In this document: positions 61,242 to 64,000 of the stretch, piece after piece
How the letters are laid out: every line of letters begins with the position of its first letter
Position numbering within the stretch: the first letter of the stretch is position 1
Source: an uncultured Pelagibacteraceae bacterium
GTDB taxonomy: Bacteria > Pseudomonadota > Alphaproteobacteria > Pelagibacterales > Pelagibacteraceae
Length of the DNA stretch: 64,000 bases
Assembly: GCA_902610315.1 (NCBI GenBank)
Contig: CACLVA010000001.1
Coordinates: 107,614-171,613 of the forward strand
Direction: 5' to 3'
The notes under the pieces: model-generated
What the model saw: the letters and a program-made list of their open reading frames with translations, nothing else
Database searches by the model: none
Told to the model about the DNA's origin: nothing
Made by a program: the position numbers and the translations under genes

Positions 61242-63017
61242 ATGAAATCTTACAAAATTATTGATCACGAATATGATGTAGTTGTGTTAGGTGCTGGTGG
61301 TTCAGGCTTGAGAGCTGCTGTTGGGTTAAGTGAAGCTGGGCTTAAGACAGCTTGTATATCAAAAGTTTTTCCAACTAGAAGCCATACATCTGCTGCCCAA
61401 GGTGGAATCTCTGCAGCGTTAGGTAATATGGGTGAAGATGATTGGCGTTGGCATATGTATGATACAGTTAAAGGTGCAGATTGGTTGGGTGATCAGGATT
61501 GTATAGAGTACTTGTGTAAAGAAGCTCCTCGAGCAGTTTTGGAATTAGAAAAATATGGTGTTCCTTTTAGCAGAACAGATGATGGCAAAATTTACCAAAG
61601 ACCTTTTGGTGGAATGACAAAAAACTATGGTAACGAACCAGTACAAAGAACTTGTGCAGCAGCAGATAGAACTGGCCATGCAATTTTACATACATTGTAT
61701 GGACAAGCTTTGAAACATAATACAGAATTTTTTATTGAGTATTTTGCATTAGATCTTTTAATGAAAAATGGTGAGTGCAAAGGTTTGGTTGCTTGGAATT
61801 TAAATGATGGCACAATTCATAGGTTTAGGTCTCACATAACAATTATTGCAACAGGTGGTTATGGAAAAATATACTATTCAGCTACTTCAGCACATACTTG
61901 TACTGGTGATGGGAATGCAATGGTATTAAGAGCAGGTTTACCTTTACAAGATATGGAATTTGTTCAATTTCATCCAACAGGTATCTATGGTCATGGCACT
62001 TTAATATCTGAGGGTGTAAGAGGTGAAGGCGGATATCTTGTAAACTCTAAAGGTGAAAGATTTATGGAGAGATATGCTCCTAAAGCTAAGGACTTAGCAT
62101 CAAGAGATGTGGTAAGCAGATCTATTGCAGTTGAAATAAATGAGGGCAGAGGAGTAGGTAAAGATAAAGATCACGTTCACTTACATTTAGATCACCTAGA
62201 TAAAAATGTTATCGAAGAAAGATTACCAGGCATATCAGAGTCTTCGAAGTTATTCGCTAACGTTGATGTTACTAAAGAACCAATACCAGTAGTACCAACT
62301 GTTCATTATAACATGGGGGGTATACCTACAAATTATAAAGCTGAAGTGCTAACACTAAATGGTTCTGAAAAAACAGTTCCGGGATTAATGGCCATTGGTG
62401 AGGCTGCATGTGTATCTGTTCATGGAGCAAATAGATTAGGATCTAATTCATTAATTGATTTAGTTGTTTTTGGAAGAGCTGCAGCAAAAAGAGCATCCGA
62501 ATTAGTAAAACCTGGACAACCACATGAAGATATTCCAGATTCTGAAACTGATAAATGTTTATCAAGATTTGATAAGCTTAGAAATTCTAGCGGTTCAAAC
62601 AGTACTGCAGATTTAAGATTATCTATGCAAAAAACAATGCAGTCAAAGTGTGCCGTTTTTAGAACAGAAAAAACTTTAAAAGAAGGCATTGAGCAAATAA
62701 GAAAACCATTTGAAGGTATGGAAAATTTATCAGTGAAAGATAAATCTTTAATTTTTAATACTGATTTAGTTGAAACCTTAGAGTTTGATAACTTAATACG
62801 ACAAGCAATAACAACAATGGACTCAGCATATTATAGAAAGGAGAGCAGAGGTGCTCATGCTAGAGAAGATTATCCTAAGAGAGACGATGAAAAATACATG
62901 CAACATACTTTATCTTGGTGTGAAGGTAAGAAAACAAAAATAGATTATAGACCAGTTCACAGGTCAACACTAACTAATGATGTGCAGTATTTCCCGCCAC
63001 AGGAAAGAGTCTACTGA
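61242..63017 (+). CDS. sdhA: Succinate dehydrogenase flavoprotein
   Basis: [32 protein letters not shown]. Confidence 0.98.
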   Translation: MKSYKIIDHEYDVVVLGAGGSGLRAAVGLSEAGLKTACISKVFPTRSHTSAAQGGISAALGNMGEDDWRWHMYDTVKGADWLGDQDCIEYLCKEAPRAVLELEKYGVPFSRTDDGKIYQRPFGGMTKNYGNEPVQRTCAAADRTGHAILHTLYGQALKHNTEFFIEYFALDLLMKNGECKGLVAWNLNDGTIHRFRSHITIIATGGYGKIYYSATSAHTCTGDGNAMVLRAGLPLQDMEFVQFHPTGIYGHGTLISEGVRGEGGYLVNSKGERFMERYAPKAKDLASRDVVSRSIAVEINEGRGVGKDKDHVHLHLDHLDKNVIEERLPGISESSKLFANVDVTKEPIPVVPTVHYNMGGIPTNYKAEVLTLNGSEKTVPGLMAIGEAACVSVHGANRLGSNSLIDLVVFGRAAAKRASELVKPGQPHEDIPDSETDKCLSRFDKLRNSSGSNSTADLRLSMQKTMQSKCAVFRTEKTLKEGIEQIRKPFEGMENLSVKDKSLIFNTDLVETLEFDNLIRQAITTMDSAYYRKESRGAHAREDYPKRDDEKYMQHTLSWCEGKKTKIDYRPVHRSTLTNDVQYFPPQERVY

Positions 63018-63790
63018 TGGTTCAAATAAATTTGCCTAAGAATTCAAAAATCCAAAAGGGCAAATATTTTAAAGACACAACAGGTTCTAAGAATATAAGA
63101 AAAGTTAATATTTATAGATGGGATCCCTCAACTGGTGAAAACCCTAGAATTGATACTTACGAAGTGGATATGGATAATTGTCCATCAAAAGTCTTAGATC
63201 TACTAAATAAAATAAAAAATGAAATTGATCCTACTATTGCTTATAGAAGATCATGTGCACATGGAGTTTGTGGTTCTTGCGCAATGAATATGGATGGGAA
63301 AAATGGTTTAGCTTGCACTAAACCTCATTCAGAGATTAAAGGAGATATTAATATTTATCCTCTCCCTCATTTAAAAGTATTAAAAGATCTCATTGGAGAT
63401 TTAAGTACACTTTATAAACAATATGAGTCTGTGGAACCTTGGCTAAAAAATTCAAACGATTCTAGCAAAACTGAGAACTTACAATCCAAAGAAGATAGAG
63501 CTAAACTTGATGGACTTTATGAATGTATTATGTGCGCATGCTGTTCCACGTCATGCCCTAGTTATTGGTGGAACGGAGATAAATATCTTGGTCCAGCTGT
63601 TTTACTTCAAGCCTATAGGTGGATAATAGACTCAAGAGATGAAGATAGAAAAGCAAGATTAAAAAAAGTAGCTGACGAACTAAAACTGTATAGGTGCCAT
63701 ACAATCATGAACTGTACAAATGCTTGTCCAAAGGGTCTTAATCCAGCAAAAGCTATAGCATCTATCAAAAAAATGCTTGCAACAAGCTAA
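63017..63790 (+). CDS. sdhB: Succinate dehydrogenase iron-sulfur subunit
   Basis: [34 protein letters not shown]. Confidence 0.98.
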   Translation: MVQINLPKNSKIQKGKYFKDTTGSKNIRKVNIYRWDPSTGENPRIDTYEVDMDNCPSKVLDLLNKIKNEIDPTIAYRRSCAHGVCGSCAMNMDGKNGLACTKPHSEIKGDINIYPLPHLKVLKDLIGDLSTLYKQYESVEPWLKNSNDSSKTENLQSKEDRAKLDGLYECIMCACCSTSCPSYWWNGDKYLGPAVLLQAYRWIIDSRDEDRKARLKKVADELKLYRCHTIMNCTNACPKGLNPAKAIASIKKMLATS

Positions 63791-63814
63791 TTAGTTAATT
63801 AAATAATTTTGCCG

Positions 63815-64000
63815 ATGAATTTAATACAACATTACGTAAATGGTAAAATTTTTCCTGGTTCATCCAAAAGAAGCGGAAAAGTTTTTAATCCCGCAACAGG
63901 ATCACAAGAAAGCGAAGTCTCACTTGGAACAAAAAATGACTTAGACCAAGCTGTTGATATAGCATCAAAAGCTTTTGAAACATGGTCACTAAAACCACCA
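63815..64000 (+). CDS. mmsA: Aldehyde dehydrogenase N-terminus, probably methylmalonate-semialdehyde dehydrogenase (partial)
   Basis: Manual translation MNLIQHYVNGKIFPGSSKRSGKVFNPATG...AFETW; runs off the window. Confidence 0.72.
   Translation, partial: MNLIQHYVNGKIFPGSSKRSGKVFNPATGSQESEVSLGTKNDLDQAVDIASKAFETWSLKPP

Noticed and set aside
4190-62689. Many 60-145 aa ORFs in the track nested in or antisense to larger genes (e.g. 14509-14859, 49556-49867, 51696-52133, 53754-54095)
   Set aside because: They lie inside well-conserved genes, show antisense-shadow composition and have no recognisable motifs.

Overview
A very AT-rich, gene-dense stretch with tiny or overlapping intergenic spacers. 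Gene content and order (dmdA/dmdB/dmdC, the ffh leader RNA, ccm and sdh operons) point to a SAR11/Pelagibacterales chromosome. Most of the window is core genome: purH, rpe, an ActP-like symporter with acs, tsaD, hemCD, folD, argG, ccmC-H, ftsY/dapF/ffh/rpsP/trmD/rplS, leuCDB, asd, sdhCDAB and a partial mmsA. I saw no rRNA, tRNA, CRISPR array or mobile element. Points worth a second look: (1) A light/UV locus at 18.1-24.1 kb. An Fe-S-less bacterial (6-4) photolyase is coupled by gene overlaps to a DUF393 oxidoreductase, a 42-aa DUF2256 gene missed by the ORF track, a close homolog of vertebrate CRTAC1 and an unknown exported 10-Cys protein. It is flanked by a Tyr-less SDR and an inverted-domain NewPHL-type photolyase. 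(2) SdhC and SdhD have both lost their heme b His ligands. (3) A candidate sRNA hairpin with anti-SD-like loop motifs lies between hspQ and ccmC. (4) Acs has a histone-tail-like basic N-terminus. (5) Two different GT41 protein glycosyltransferases sit in core synteny. (6) A 2-hydroxy/2-oxo-acid and amide catabolic cluster includes a TRAP transporter. (7) An orphan hydrolase lies inside the DMSP demethylation cluster. All family calls come from motif recognition by eye; no database searches were run.
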